Shown piece after piece: positions 46,617 through 60,092 of a stretch of DNA of 64,000 nucleotides. The notes under the pieces are model-generated. The model did not search any database, was not told where the DNA came from, and saw only the letters and a program-made list of their open reading frames with translations. The DNA lies in the NCBI RefSeq assembly GCF_022045235.1, contig NW_027266308.1, forward strand, positions 65,534,001 through 65,598,000, given 5' to 3'. The stretch is from Haliotis cracherodii. Taxonomy: Eukaryota. Position numbers and translations under genes: made by a program. Numbering within the stretch: position 1 is the first letter of the stretch; each line of letters begins with the position of its first letter.

Positions 46617-49448
46617 GGCGACGGTGTGGTGCAATACCCCAGTGTTGAGAGAGATGAAGAACTTTAGAGCACATTTGGCTCGGAATTAACATTCAAAAAA
46701 GAAAACTGAAATAAACTGATAAAAAGATGTTAATAAGAAAAAGTGAGGACCTTTCAAATTAACGAATACTTCAAATCTGAGATCATATCTATTTTATGGT
46801 CACTGTTCAAATATGATAACGTGTGTGAATAGAATGTGGATGTCGTGAACGATTGAAAAATCAGCTGAAAACATAAAAAGAATACATTTAATTGAATATA
46901 ACAGATTTAATAACAATATGTCGTCGTCAATATAATTATAAATCATAACTTTTAAGTTGGTTTATTTAAGTTTAAGTATTAATTAATCGTTTTGATAAGC
47001 GTTCTGTATCTATCACTGCCTGGGACAGGTCAATCAGTCAGATTTGATTTGATGTTTTAAAAAAATTACCACCTGATAAAGAACGTAGGACTTCGTTCTG
47101 TTGTGAATTAACATCCGGGTGATGGAAGGGGGCGGGGGCTATTTAGGTCATACTGGTTTAAATAACAACACTATATCGCTAACAGACTGTCAGTGGACAT
47201 TGTCTATTTTGTCAGCGCTGCGTGGTGTCTTAGATGTAACTGAACACACCAAAATAGTGTCCTCCCTTATATCCCGGTCCGCTTATGCGCAGATGTAAAA
47301 TATTTCCCGCGTGCTATTAATAGACTGGTATGACACCACCATGTGAAATCCACGTGGAGTTGCAAACGTCAATACAACGTACTTGGCATAAATACATTGT
47401 TCCTGCAACCTTTGTAACAGAACGTTAAACATTTTCAGTATAGAAAGACATGGTTGCAGACAAGTGATAGAAAAATCGCTGTATTTCAGATATGACAAAC
47501 TCGAGATCTATCATGGAGGACGCTGTTGATGAAACACTTATCAACAATCTACCTGTCATGGCTGTCGCTCCCATGCCACTAATACCCACCACGGTTGAAG
47601 CTATGTCTGAAGATGTCCAGTATTCCCCGGGTACTTGTCTCCCAGTGTTGGGGGACGAGAAAATGGTGGCTGCCACCCTCGCGGCCATCGAAACGGGGAG
47701 CATCACCCCGCTAGTCAAGGAAGAGCTGAAATGTGCCATCTTGACCCGGCGTTTCGTGGAGGGAAAGGAGGATATACAAATCGAATTCACGGTGCCGGAG
47801 AAGAAAGTGGTAAGTACCTGGAATTAGCATGTGATCACGTGGGTTGTTGTTATTTACTGTATATACCCACTGGTTGTTTATTTAGTGTATTATGTCACAG
47901 GACCATGCAACTAATAATAATAACAAACAATATAAACTCGCAGGCGAGACCGAAGCTGTAGGTCTTCAGAAACCCATTGTTTGTCGTAAACGGCGAAACG
48001 GGATCGGGTAGTCAGGCTCGCTGACTTGGTTGATGCATGTCATCGTATCCCAATTGCGTAGATCGATGCTCATGATGTCAATCACAGGTTTGTCTGGTCC
48101 AGACTCGATTATGTACAGACCGCCATCATACGGCTGGAATACAGCAAAGAGAGGCTTTAAGCAACAATAAAACCAAACAAATCATTTTACAATATTTGAA
48201 AATACCTACAAGCTAACTGGTTGCGGGAATGCTTTGATGCCTGTTTATCGGGCGATGTGTTGTGATTCTATCTCTGTTTGTATTCATAAAAGATGCATTA
48301 AACTATGTAAAATTTACTAAAACAATGCATATTCATCAGTTGAAACCGCTGTTATATCATAAATTTGAATTGTCATATATAATCCCATATTGCAGAGCCT
48401 GGCTGGTTTGTTTTAATACTCCTCATCCTTATTATTTACATATGCACACACGTTATCAGCATGGTGCGTTATGGAAAGAATGTTTATTTTCATATTACAT
48501 TCTGAAGGTTATTCGTGTACTGATACCTGATCGATCGTTGACCAAAAGTTAACTATTTTGCAGTTGACTGAAGAAGAGGAAGAGCGAGCCACAGTTCGCA
48601 GGGAGCAGAACAGAATGGCGGCCCGACGTTTCAGAAAGAAGCAGAAAGACACGGCTGAAGTTCTTCTCAAGGTATAGCTTGCATGTCTTTAATTTTCATG
48701 ATTGCCGTGTAATTGATGTGTAAAAGTTAGAGCTGGTTAACTCCAAATCGAGTCGAATATATGTCGTGTTAGCCGTATTTCGAGACAAGCGGACTAACGA
48801 TGTTACACTATAATCGATGAGGATTCTACAGATTGTAAAGTTCTAGTCTGAAACTATATTTCAAAATAGTGTTCGAGTTAAGGAGGTTTCAATTCCAGTC
48901 GAATATATGTCGTGTTAACCGTATTTCGAGACAAGCGGACTAACGATGTTACACTATAATATCGATGAGGATTCTACAGATTGTAAAGTTCTAGTCTGAA
49001 ACTATATTTCAAAACAGTATTTTGTGGATTGACTCCATCTGCAACAAACTGTGGTGATCATGTGACGCATAATTAAAATAATAATTATCATTTCCTGGTA
49101 GGTGTTTCATTACTCATTGTCATGAGATGCATAATCAATATTCGAAATTTATAACAATATACATATTTGGAAATGATGTCAGCCACATAGACATGAATAT
49201 AATTATTGTCACGTGTTTGTCACATTTCCATTGTTCAAGTGTGTCAAAAAAATAGGTTTATCGTTTTCTTTAATATCACATTTCAATGTTTACAGAAAAC
49301 TCAGCGTCTGGAATCCTCCAACACCAAGATGCGGTCCGAGCTACTGCGACTGCAGCAAGAGAGAGACCGACTGAAAGAGATACTCACAGATCATCTGCTC
49401 GTCTGTCCTCTTCCAGAAACGTCTCTACACGTCACAATACAACCATGA
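46556..49448 (+). CDS. ATF3-like: bZIP gene 3, ATF3/JDP2-like, ~208 aa (192 aa from ATG 47492); join(46556..46601,47490..47809,48564..48671,49296..49448)
   Basis: ITPLVKEELKCAIL motif; 108-nt basic exon LTEEEEERATVRREQNRMAARRFRKKQKDTAEVLLK; zipper exon KTQRLESSNTKMRSELLRLQQERDRLKEILTDHLLVC with the Fos/ATF3 HxxxC cap. Canonical splice sites (CCG|GTAAGT, TTTCAG|AT, GTG|GTAAGT, TTGCAG|TTG, AAG|GTATAG, TTACAG|AAA). AATAAA at 51046. Confidence 0.9.
47947..48180 (+). mobile_element. Family B element in a gene 3 intron
   Basis: TAGGTCTTCAG..CGGGATCGGGTAGTCAGGCTCGCTGACTTGGTTG..GCTGGAATA. Confidence 0.75.
48751..49014 (+). repeat. ~117-bp near-tandem duplication in the last intron of gene 3
   Basis: AGTCGAATATATGTCGTGTT..CTATATTTCAAAA at 48751-48866 and 48897-49014. 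Confidence 0.9.
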
Positions 49449-52027
49449 CGCTACTGTTACAAGGAAATTGTTCACAGAAAATCCTAAAAAAAATCGGAAA
49501 CCCCAAAACCGAAAAGAACTTTCTTCGTATGAAGACCAGAAGTACCTAAAGCTGACACGTCATGACACCCACGTGTCATGGTGATCTGGAAGCACGTGCT
49601 GGGTCACCGTGACATAGGGGAAAAGATGAGTCATCGGATTCAGTACAGAGAGGCAGCAGGTATTCTAGAAGAGTCACCTCCATGACAATATACCAGAACA
49701 TATTAATGAAACTTGCAACTGTGTACATGTGACATGGACATCAGTGATTCATCAACCATACTGTATTCGACATTCCACATGCTGTTGTGTTTTGAGCCAC
49801 CTCTAATGTTAGATTGTTTGGACTCTAAGTCTTGGCGGAACTTCCGGTCAGCGCCATGTTTCCTGGTATGGTAGATCTTACTATGACATGTCCGGAACGT
49901 AGATTTTGTATAGATATCTCCTGGCAAACCTGCTACAAAGTACTATGAATAAGTTCAGCATGATGTCATGTACATATCAATATGTTTGTATATTTCTGCT
50001 AAGACCTGTACACAATCAGTCACACATAAGTGACTTCCATCGACCAGGGTCTAACTTTCATACTTCTGTCTATACATAGCATCAACTTAGAGATGGACTC
50101 TTGTGGACCTAGCATATCAGAATTGCGTGGTCTAGTTTGGAAATGGCGATACAAACAACACTTTTTCTATGTTTGATTATCTCTGGCAATTAGCGTCTTT
50201 CATATACCTCTGAACTTATACAATCACTGACATTTTCATTTACGAAGAACTTGATATGGCGCAGGCGCCTAAACAGGTTGAGTGAATCTTTTACTGTATA
50301 GATTATGTCTTTCAATGTTTGTAGTTAGTATTACACCGTCTTTACTTCATTTCAAATGCTCGGAGATATGTCTTCTCGATCTGTGATACAGATTTATACT
50401 GTTTGTTTTTATTCAGAATTTATACTTTTGTCTTGCACACGTATTCGCTATTCTCGTGTAGCCAGGATATCGTGATGGGTATTCCAACTTTACTATTTTT
50501 CTACACTACATGTGTATTCTAAATGTTCACAATATTTGTACTGAAAGTGTACGGACTTTAAAACCCATTTATTTGCAATAATACACAAGGCGGTGTCATG
50601 ACACTTTAAACGCCCAAGTGCAGAACTTGGAGAAACTGAAATTGTATTACCGTTATGAAGACGTTGATTGTTCTCGTTTCACGTGTACTGAAGTGTCGTG
50701 TACGTTCGGAACACACCGTCGTGTTGCTCGGTCACTCGGTCCCGGTGTGTTGTCAGCCATGGCTATCGTCGTTTGTTATGTGGTTACCTGCATATGGCTG
50801 TGGAATGATACCGTCACAGGTGGCGAATATCATAAGATAAAAGTAAAGGTTATTATAATATTTTATACACGAACTATGCATGCAAATTCGTCTTAAAAAT
50901 GAAACGTTTTGTATTTTATGTGCAGGTCGTGTAACTTACTGACGCTACAATCGTTGTTTCGAGTGAATTTTTTAGATACGGTGCTTGTTACTGTTGTATT
51001 TGTGACAGATATTTATTTTCTATTTTTATGTCTTTATATTTATGAAATAAAAAACATTTGTTATAATTTACGTTTGAGAATTAATGAAATGAAGATGTCA
51101 TGACCGGCTGTTCCTTGCTTAAGCAAGATTTCAGGACAGTTTATTTGCTGGGACAATGGCTGATTGACATCCAAAATATATGCTCTAGAGATATTTTTGC
51201 ATACGTAGTGAAGAAAAAGAAGAAAGTCCTATCTAAAGTTGATAAAATCGTGTAAATGTTCTCATTTGTGGCGTCACTAGCAATATAAGTGTCATGGATA
51301 AGCTCTGACTGCATGTTCACATGTTTATTGAAGCGCTATACAGATCATGTGATCACTACATTATTGTTCCATACCAAGTTGAAGTGGTTCATATATCCCA
51401 CAAGAAAGTAATGATTTGTTTTCTGAGAATTAAATTCTCCAATGCCACACATGTACAGCTGTCAACATTTCAGACGGGAAAATGACAAAATCGTTCAGAC
51501 TTTGAAAACAGTAAATGTCATGAAAAAACCTTACTTGACTTTCGTAAGGCCTTTTACTTATTTGGCCTAAAACATGTTTGGACCAAACATTGATGTTGGT
51601 GGTAGGAAGAAAAATTAGAATAATTTTTAAAACACGCTCGTAGGTCATATCATCACGAAAGTGCGATTCGAAAAAAATAATTTGCTGTTTTTTTGTTGTT
51701 AGAATAAAAATTTGTATACGCATTATTCACCATTTCCTGCGAACAGCGGTGATACAATCTCGTGGATTTTGCTTATTTCACATAAAAAAGGTCTTTTTGG
51801 GTTTTTTCCCTAATTAACGTTTTTGGTGTCCATCGGTATCGTAATGCGACTAAAATATAAGGCCTAACTGAACTTTGGAGACAAGCATCAGAAGAACAAA
51901 TAGTCAGTTTGTTGTAGCCTTACTGCTGACGTAAACAATGCAAGGCGTGTCACTGTACCCAGCGCTCAGTGATTGATGGTGTGTTGGGGCCTCTGCATAG
52001 CTGTGTACATATGCCGTGGTGTTAACC

Positions 52028-52427
52028 TCAATTGCGTAGATCGATGCTCATGATATCAATCACTGGATTGTCTTGTCCAGACTTGGACATTTACAGACCG
52101 CCGTCATATAGCTGGAATATTGCTGAGTGTTACGTTAAACAACAAACAAACAGCAAGCGTGGTGTGACACATGTTTAAACCACCACGTTTGACAGATGTA
52201 TACTTGGTGTTGATAGGACTTAATGTTGCACAGCCCAATACATGCGTGAATCACTATGCCTGCTCTTGTACAGAGAAGGGCGGTCGGGTAGTCTAGTGGT
52301 TTAAGCATACGCTCGTCACGCTGAATCCCCAGGTTCGATTCCCCACATGGGTACAGTGTGTGAAGTACATTTCTGGTGTCCCCCGCGGTGATATTGTTGG
52401 TGTATTGCTAACCCAAATCACTCACTC
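52028..52427 (+). mobile_element. Family B 3' fragment (52028-52151) and family A copy (52278-52427)
   Basis: Similarity to the TSD-bounded copies in this window. Confidence 0.75.
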
Positions 52428-55380
52428 TTGTAAAGTGAATTACTGTTTTGTTTACTTAATTCTTTTCTTCTCACATTTTGCGAATATCTCATTCATTTTA
52501 TAGCGAAATGCTGGTTTAAGCTATGACTGCATTTTGTAATGTTATCCTGGATGTGAACCTGGTTTGTAGAGTGCAACCCTTCCTCGCGCGGTGTAACCTG
52601 AGATGGTTAAGTGCAGTATACACGTATTTCCATGTCCACGTGGGGTCTTTTTGCATGTTAAACAAACTTTCATTATAAGGTGTTATTTATTGCCATTTTT
52701 TATACGAGCATGATTGTACATTACAAGTGCTATAATATGACCGAACAGCTTTTTACCTGTAAAAGCTTTAGTGTTTTCATGTCTTACAATGTATATATAA
52801 TTAGAAAGAGTACTGTTTCATTTTCTTTATTGTCCTTCATTGATGTCGAAATGTTGTATGTACAAAGACTCGTGTTTGTAGATGTTTAATATGATAAAAG
52901 AATTTTTTCAAGAAATAAAACCATTGATGTATTTTATGCATAGGTTTGTTATTTGTATTTTTTATTGGCATGTTACAACATAATAACGATCACAGATCAC
53001 AGTTGATCTTTTGTAAACTAAAAAAAAGTGTAGTATGATAACAGAAGCGTATTGTTATACAGACCCGCGGACGGAGAACGCATGTGTTTGCATGAGGTGA
53101 CACGCTCAATGTGCACAGGAAACTATCGCTACACGAGTTGCCTCCCTTACCTAGGTCAGTCTCGCGATTTCGTAAAAGCCGGAGCAAAGCAGGTGATGTG
53201 AGACCTGCATGCTACAACCAGTTGGAGTGCAATGTGAGAACCACGAACTGCGACCACTGCGACATCAGCACATACAACAAAGTTCCAGGAACGAAAATTG
53301 GTAAGGATTGCAAGTAGACATTGCGTAATTTTAGCAAACAAGTGTGCGCGGCTGTGCAGAGTCGATATGCTGTAGCGGCATAGCAAGGGAGACCACTTCG
53401 AATTTACCGTAATACCTCAAACTATGGAGCGTGAGGTATATACTTGATTATGTGAGCTGGTTTCTTTGGAAAATTGTTTTGGACTTTTGAATGGTGGATC
53501 GGGTTACTTTCTCATTTTGGTGATGGACCAAAGTCTTTCTAAAGGTTATGGACAGTTATGTGGTCTTTTGAGTGAATATAATCATTAAAATATATACTAC
53601 TTAAATATTTTTAAAACTGCAAATTGTTAACTTATTTCAAAAGTATTATTTGTCTTTGGTTACAGAATCCCTGAGCTGTTATCTTGCCTTCTGCTTTTAA
53701 CTAATTTCTGACCTCGTACCTATGACCTATTGGCCTGCAGTGGATGTGACAGAATGCATTGTGTATTCTATTATTGATGCAAGTTAGGGATTAAGAGGTT
53801 AATTGAATTTTATTGATAAATTTGCATATTAATCAATAAAAGATTTTATTGATATATTTCCAAATGCAATGAATGTCATGTGAATTAATTTATCGCCTCC
53901 TTATTAAGATTAAGATTAACTTGCACTAATTTTGAAAATTAGCCGATTTGTCGTTATGTTTGATTAGTATCGCCGTATTACACTTGTTCTTTGGTTTGCG
54001 ATAGATACTGTACGTACATGTGCTCGGTTGTCTGTTCCTGATTAACTGAATATTTGCCGCGTTGTTCCTGTAGGCGTTCGACACACTTTAATCAGAGCCC
54101 TACATTGGCAGAAATGCGGTAATGTAACCTCACATGCGTGGAAGGTCTCCAATTCATGTCGGCATACTATACACTGGTCGGGATCACACACCCGCCGAAC
54201 CGGTGACTCGCCCGTGTCGTAGTATCGTGTGGAGTGCAAACTATTGAGCTTTGATAAATTTGAGGAATAAATGCAGATTTGCGGACGCGAAATGTTGTCG
54301 TGGCGTGTAACACCCACGAAGCGACGGTCTATTTTTAGCCCTGATACGTCCCGACATGTTTTTATCTAGATCAAATGCAACTGACGGTACACTGTGCGCA
54401 GTGCTAGCAATTTGAACGCTTTCCAGAACTACTCGCTTATTTGCAAAATGTCAGACAAACCACCGACTGCATTACATGAATATTAGCACAATATTAGCAG
54501 TTAGACTTTGAAAAAGACGAAGTGCTATGTGAATTCTGGAGAAATTGATCTAAGAATAGCCACTTAGTCATGGCTTTTGAGAGCCGCATATGTCTTGGCG
54601 TGAGCCGTTGTATGGTCAAAGTACAGCAAAACTAAGGAGGAAGTTTAAATCTAATAAATACACCCCCTGTAGCAATTAGGTTTGGGGTTTTGACAAATGC
54701 AGCGACCAACCACGAGACGTATGAAATGACAAAATCCCGCGCATTCATGGACGAATGAACGGTTGTAAATCGCTTTTTGTTTGAATGAACAAGCCAAGGT
54801 TATGGCTATTTTTAGAAGTGACATAACACGATCGGAATGACAGTTGTAGAGGCACGAGGTTCACGGCGTAGTAAACAAGAATTGAGGTCACAGGAAAAAA
54901 TGGAAAAAAAGATATGCACATTGTACCTGCATTGTATAAACAGAATAAGGCACTGTGGTTGTCCTGAGAATTGTGGGATGGATAGAAAGAAGAATGAAGG
55001 GTGTTTTCAAATTGAAAAAAATCCACATTGCATAAAATTTGATTTGTCAATTTTGATAGCTCATATCTATCATATATTTTGTTAATATCTGAAAGTAGAA
55101 GATTTTATAATATGTTGAAATATGAAAACAATGTTGCATTGTATGGATAAATTGTTTGACAATTTATTCATTGTATGTCGTCAATATATCTCATAACTAA
55201 ATAGAAAATGTCAGCTGAAGATATTATTTATGTCTGCCCATGGGATATTGCTAGTATATATCTTTGTAAATAAATTATCTGCTCAAATTTGCAGTCTTTG
55301 CAGAAAATGAACGTTTTGATCAAAGAGCAAAGAATGTTATGATATTGAATGCAAATATGCATCCAGGAATATAAGGGGGA

Positions 55381-55445
<65 letters not shown>

Positions 55446-56017
55446 GATGTAGACAAATCATTAGCTTGTGTATGTATGAAATGTTCCAAAGGACCTTATA
55501 GGCCCCAAATATACCATGCTTGCCATTGTGAGTGACTGCTGTAAGCAATGTTCCAGCTATACATATCACCAGCCTGTAAGTCATCAAGTCTAGACCAGGC
55601 AAACCGGTGAGTGAAGGCATGAGCATCGACCAGTGCCGTCGGGGCGCGATAACCTACAATCAAGTCAGTCTGACCATCAGAGGGCCCATTACACAAAGCA
55701 ATCTCAGCGCTAAGATGATTGTAACTCCCATACTTTAACATAGACTTACAACAGTTGTAGTCCTAAGATCGCTTTGTGGAACATGGCTTGATATATTGAT
55801 ATATAGTCAACTATTTGGCTACTATGGAATTTGGCTGATATACTGAGGATTAGAAGGTGACAGTGAGACCCAGCTGATTGTGTGACCTTGCCCCCTGACA
55901 GTGGGAATCAGTGTCATTCAGTCAGCCGCTATTATGCCTGTTTCAGACTCTGTTACGAAAATACCTCTTGATGTAGCTGTAATATTGCAGGTTATTTTTG
56001 AGGCAAGATTCACACAC

Positions 56018-56231
56018 TGAAAGACATAGAATTGGTCTTCAGCAACCCATGCTTATGATAAGAGGCGATTAACAGGATTGGGTCGTCAGATGCATGTCAT
56101 TGTATCCCAATTACGTAGATCTATGCTCATGATGTCAATCACTGGATTGTTTTGTCCAGACTTGATTATTTACAGAGTACCATCATATTGCTGGAATATT
56201 GTTGACTGCAACGTTAAACAACAAAAAACAA
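56018..56231 (+). mobile_element. Family B element, degenerate
   Basis: GGTCTTCAGCAACCCATGCTT..AAGAGGCGATTAAC..GCTGGAATATTGTTG. Confidence 0.75.
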
Positions 56232-57191
56232 ACTAAAACACATTCAAATGCTTTTTGGAGTTGCATATATGATGCAGGCCGACTGTATGCATCACTGACC
56301 TTTTAGTCAACAATAAAAATAAAAAAGTGAATGATTAAGAAAACGTGTAATTAGGTAAATAAGCCCTGCTGGAGCTGGTAAATCATCACTATATATAGAG
56401 GCTGTCATGCCAGTGTGTTTTGTGTTTCGTCCTAGGGTCAGTGATTGGTGAGTCAGACAGTTACAACGGTCCATATAGTTTAAACTGAAACGTTTTTTAG
56501 ATCCATAATTTTTCCATGTCAGTGATTGCCTTTTGCTGCAATCGATCTGTCAGTATTAGTTTTTCCCGTTCATTTGTTCAGGGCTGTTTGCAATATAAAA
56601 AACAAGAGCAAGAACTGTACTAGCCAGACAAGAACTACACCTGGCCTTGACTATGGGTTACTGTTCATGTGCTTGCCTGTCACTTTAGTTTGGAAGAATA
56701 GGTCTGGTTAATCGTGTGTCAGGATGATAGTTTATTTGGACACTGTACTAAAAAATCATTTAGCATGCTATATTTCCTATTCAAATGACAGACAAGTATC
56801 ATTAAGGCTGGGAGGATACACCAACTGTGCGATCCGATATGTATCACGATACCTTGCTCACGATCCGATACGTATCATGATGCTTGCGTGTGGTCTTACC
56901 TGTCGTCCCTAAGCTATTGTTTGTGGTAGACAAGATGGCCAAATACCTGGCACACTGACGATTTACAGCTGGTAGTGACAAGTATGGCATAATGGATGAA
57001 AATACTTAGTTTTCACTTCTAATTAGCATTTAGTGGAACAGTTATTAAAGCAAACACTGAATGTTAGAATCAATATTTTTTACTTAGTGTGCGACTTGAT
57101 CGAAGTAAAAAAAAGTGATCAACTGATGCACCGTTGTATTGTCTAACAACTAAGTATTACCTTGCAGAAATTTGAGACTCGGATCTTTGAG

Positions 57192-57260
57192 GTGAGGTGA
57201 GGTGAAATGGGGTTTAACGTCGCGTCCAAGATTATTGCACTTATATAGCGACGTGAATGC

Positions 57261-57310
<50 letters not shown>

Positions 57311-57510
57311 CTGCTTGTACTAGTCCGGACTGATGCCGATTTATAGTGCTAGCTCACTGAGATACCATGCCGCAGTTTAACATGAATACCCCACTCCGAG
57401 CCGACCAGTCCTCGTTTTAGCCCCTTAATGCCGAGCGCCAGACAGGGTAACAACAAGTACCATCTTTTAACGTCTCTTGGTATGACGCGGCTGGTGATCG
57501 AACCCCGGAC
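57192..57510 (-). mobile_element. SINE family C, 5'-truncated, with expanded (GT)n
   Basis: Near-identical to 20155-20503; flanking repeat GATCTTTGAG at 57182 and 57515. Confidence 0.85.
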
Positions 57511-58521
57511 CTCAGATCTTTGAGACTCCTAATAAGGTTATCATTAGTGTTATTGTCACTCAAGTATAGTCAGTTGATTGGTTAAAAAGCAATCTCATTA
57601 AATTCAATCTTTTACTCTGATTCGACACCTGCACCTGTCTGTGAAGATCGGACAACGCCTTCATATAGGATACTGCCAGTGTTGAACATTTTCAGCAAAT
57701 CCACGTCCAAGCTTCTAAATGCAGTTTGAGTTAGCCATGCATTCTGACTAGCACATCTAATTTCTTCATCTCAAAACAAACAGAAACAACGGTTCCGGAT
57801 GTATATAGTAAGGCCATGCCACTATCAGTGGTTGACCTGGGTTAGATGAGGTGGTTAGAAGGGCCTTCTACTGGTCAGAACTGGCAACCAAATGAATCGG
57901 GCGGTTACGCTCGGTCACTTGGTCAATGGTGTATCATCGTACCCTAAAGACATTGATCGTTGTTCGCAATATCCGTATATGGATTGTCTGGTCCATTTTC
58001 ATCTATTTACAGGCTATATATATATAATATAACTGGAATATTGCTGAGTGCAGCATTAACAAACAAACAATTATCAAGATTACATTGTTGTTGATGTTTT
58101 AAGCACCCTGTCATGTCTGAGCGCCATGACATTGACACCAAAACGGGTTTTCCCTCAGAATATTTTGGAATTATTTGGTGTATTTTGTAAATATTGAAAT
58201 GTCCCTGTCTGTGGAGGTGTGTCAGCTTCATGCAGGGAGGTATGGTGTCAGAGTAATAGGTCAGGTTTATTGAGTTGGTTGACAAGTAGTGCATGACAAC
58301 TGTGTACATGTAAAAAGGAAAATGAGAAGCAGCTGTTTATCTCTGAAGTTTACTGCTCCCCTATTGATAGGGATACAGGGAGATTTTATACTACAGGAAA
58401 TTATGTTCATTATGAACACTTATGATGACATGACGGATATAACAAACTGTTGTTTGGGACCTCACCTGGCAGTTTGCTGTATTTTCGTATTATAAGTATT
58501 ATAGTAATAAATTACACAGTT

Positions 58522-58834
58522 GTAACAAATGTTATATTTGGGATAACACTTTTTTTTGTAAAGTACAGATTCTCATACCTTTTTTTGGATGAGTCCCATC
58601 TAGGATTCGAACCCACACCGCCGTGCCAATTAACACTTGTGAGAGGGATACACAAAGTACATGATCTAGACTACCAGTTGTCAGACTTTCATTTTTGTGG
58701 ATCGGTGGCTGAGAGGGTTAGATCGGTGACTTTGTGTGCTGATCATTAGGTGCCGGACGGGACTCAACCCCCCCAAAAGTACGAGAATCTGTACTTTACA
58801 AAGAAAGTGTTATCCCAAATATAACACTTGTTAC
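58522..58834. mobile_element. Foldback element with ~75-bp TIRs and internal tRNA-like boxes
   Basis: GTAACAAATGTTATATTTGGGATAACAC..GTACAGATTCTC matches the reverse complement of GAGAATCTGTAC..GTGTTATCCCAAATATAACACTTGTTAC. Confidence 0.7.
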
Positions 58835-59111
58835 CTTTGACCACGTTCTAAATGGCATTGTGTGTTCATAGTCATACAGTTGCTCAGAAAGAAAATGTTA
58901 AGACTTAAATTCAGTGTACATATTGGGTTTGTTATTGTAACTGATTCGATCAGTACCTATCCGTGGCTATTCTGGGTTAAGAAACCTCCACCACAACCGA
59001 TATGGTCGAAGGAGGCGACTAAACAGCCCGAGTTGAAGTGATAACCTAAGAACTGTCTCCTAGTCTCTGCATGTGTACAGTTTGGGCGGTCCATCCTTCA
59101 AGCTCCCTGTC

Positions 59112-59272
59112 GGGGCGGTCGGGTAGCCTAGTGGTTACAGCGTTTGCTCATCACTTCGAAGACCCAGGTTCGATTCCCGACATGGGTACAATGTGTGAAG
59201 CCCATTTCTGGTGTCCCCGCCGTGATATTGCTGGAATATTGCTAAAAGCGGCGCAAAACAATACTCACTCAC
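59112..59272 (+). mobile_element. SINE family A, full length
   Basis: GGGGCGGTCGGGTAGCCTAGTGG..GGTTCGATTCCCGACATGGG..ACTCACTCAC. Confidence 0.88.
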
Positions 59273-60092
59273 TTAAGCCCCCTGTCACAGTATTGCTTGA
59301 ATACTACTGGAATATTGTTGGAAGTAATGTAAGGCAATACCATGCACTCAGCAGTTGAATATGGAGTAAGTGGTATTTCTATGCCTGGGCCTTGTTTCAC
59401 AAAGGGCTTGTAAGCTACAACTGTCGTAAGTAGGGCAGTTACGATACTCATACCCCTGAACGAGTTTGTGAAACTGGATCCAGGAATGCATGTGGTTTGG
59501 GTGGCTGCCATGAATCAAACCGGCAGTTACAAGCTCCATTTATTGTAATACATTCATTGTGATCGAAAAAGTTTGTGAATGATGTTTCATTTGATGAATG
59601 GGGTTGCCACTTTCATGTGAAGGATATCACATTTAAGAGCATCTACACTGAAACACTTCCTGTTGAGAGACATGCACTCGGTCCCCTATAGCTGGCTCAG
59701 ACACGCCTCCGTTAATACTGGATACATGGGTTACCGACCAGTTCACAGTTAGTCCAAAATAATTGTGAAATAGTCAACTAAATTCCTAGTCCCTGGTCTA
59801 AATGGGTTTGTGACATCTACACTATCATATTTAATATCTTTACAAAGTATTAGAGCCCCATCTTAGAATGAATTTTCTGTGGCTAGCAGGATTTCCTGTA
59901 TTAAGGCCATTGCGAAATTAAGACCATGTGCATAATAACGGAAAATAATTCCGTTTAAGGCCTATGGGCTTAGATTCAGATTACTTTATGCAAATAATAT
60001 TCCACAACATGAAGAAGGTTGTAATATAGTTATCTTTTTCAAAACAAGAAATATGATGGTATTATGCATTAAAGAGAAGTATAAACATTAAA

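Noticed and set aside
50392-51042. AU-rich elements in the gene 3 3' UTR
   Set aside because: Isolated ATTTA pentamers are expected by chance at this AT content.
53040-53441. Possible promoter / first exon of gene 4 (CpG-richer, TTGCGTAA, GAG|GTATAT)
   Set aside because: No TATA/Inr and a weak donor; cannot be supported without transcripts.
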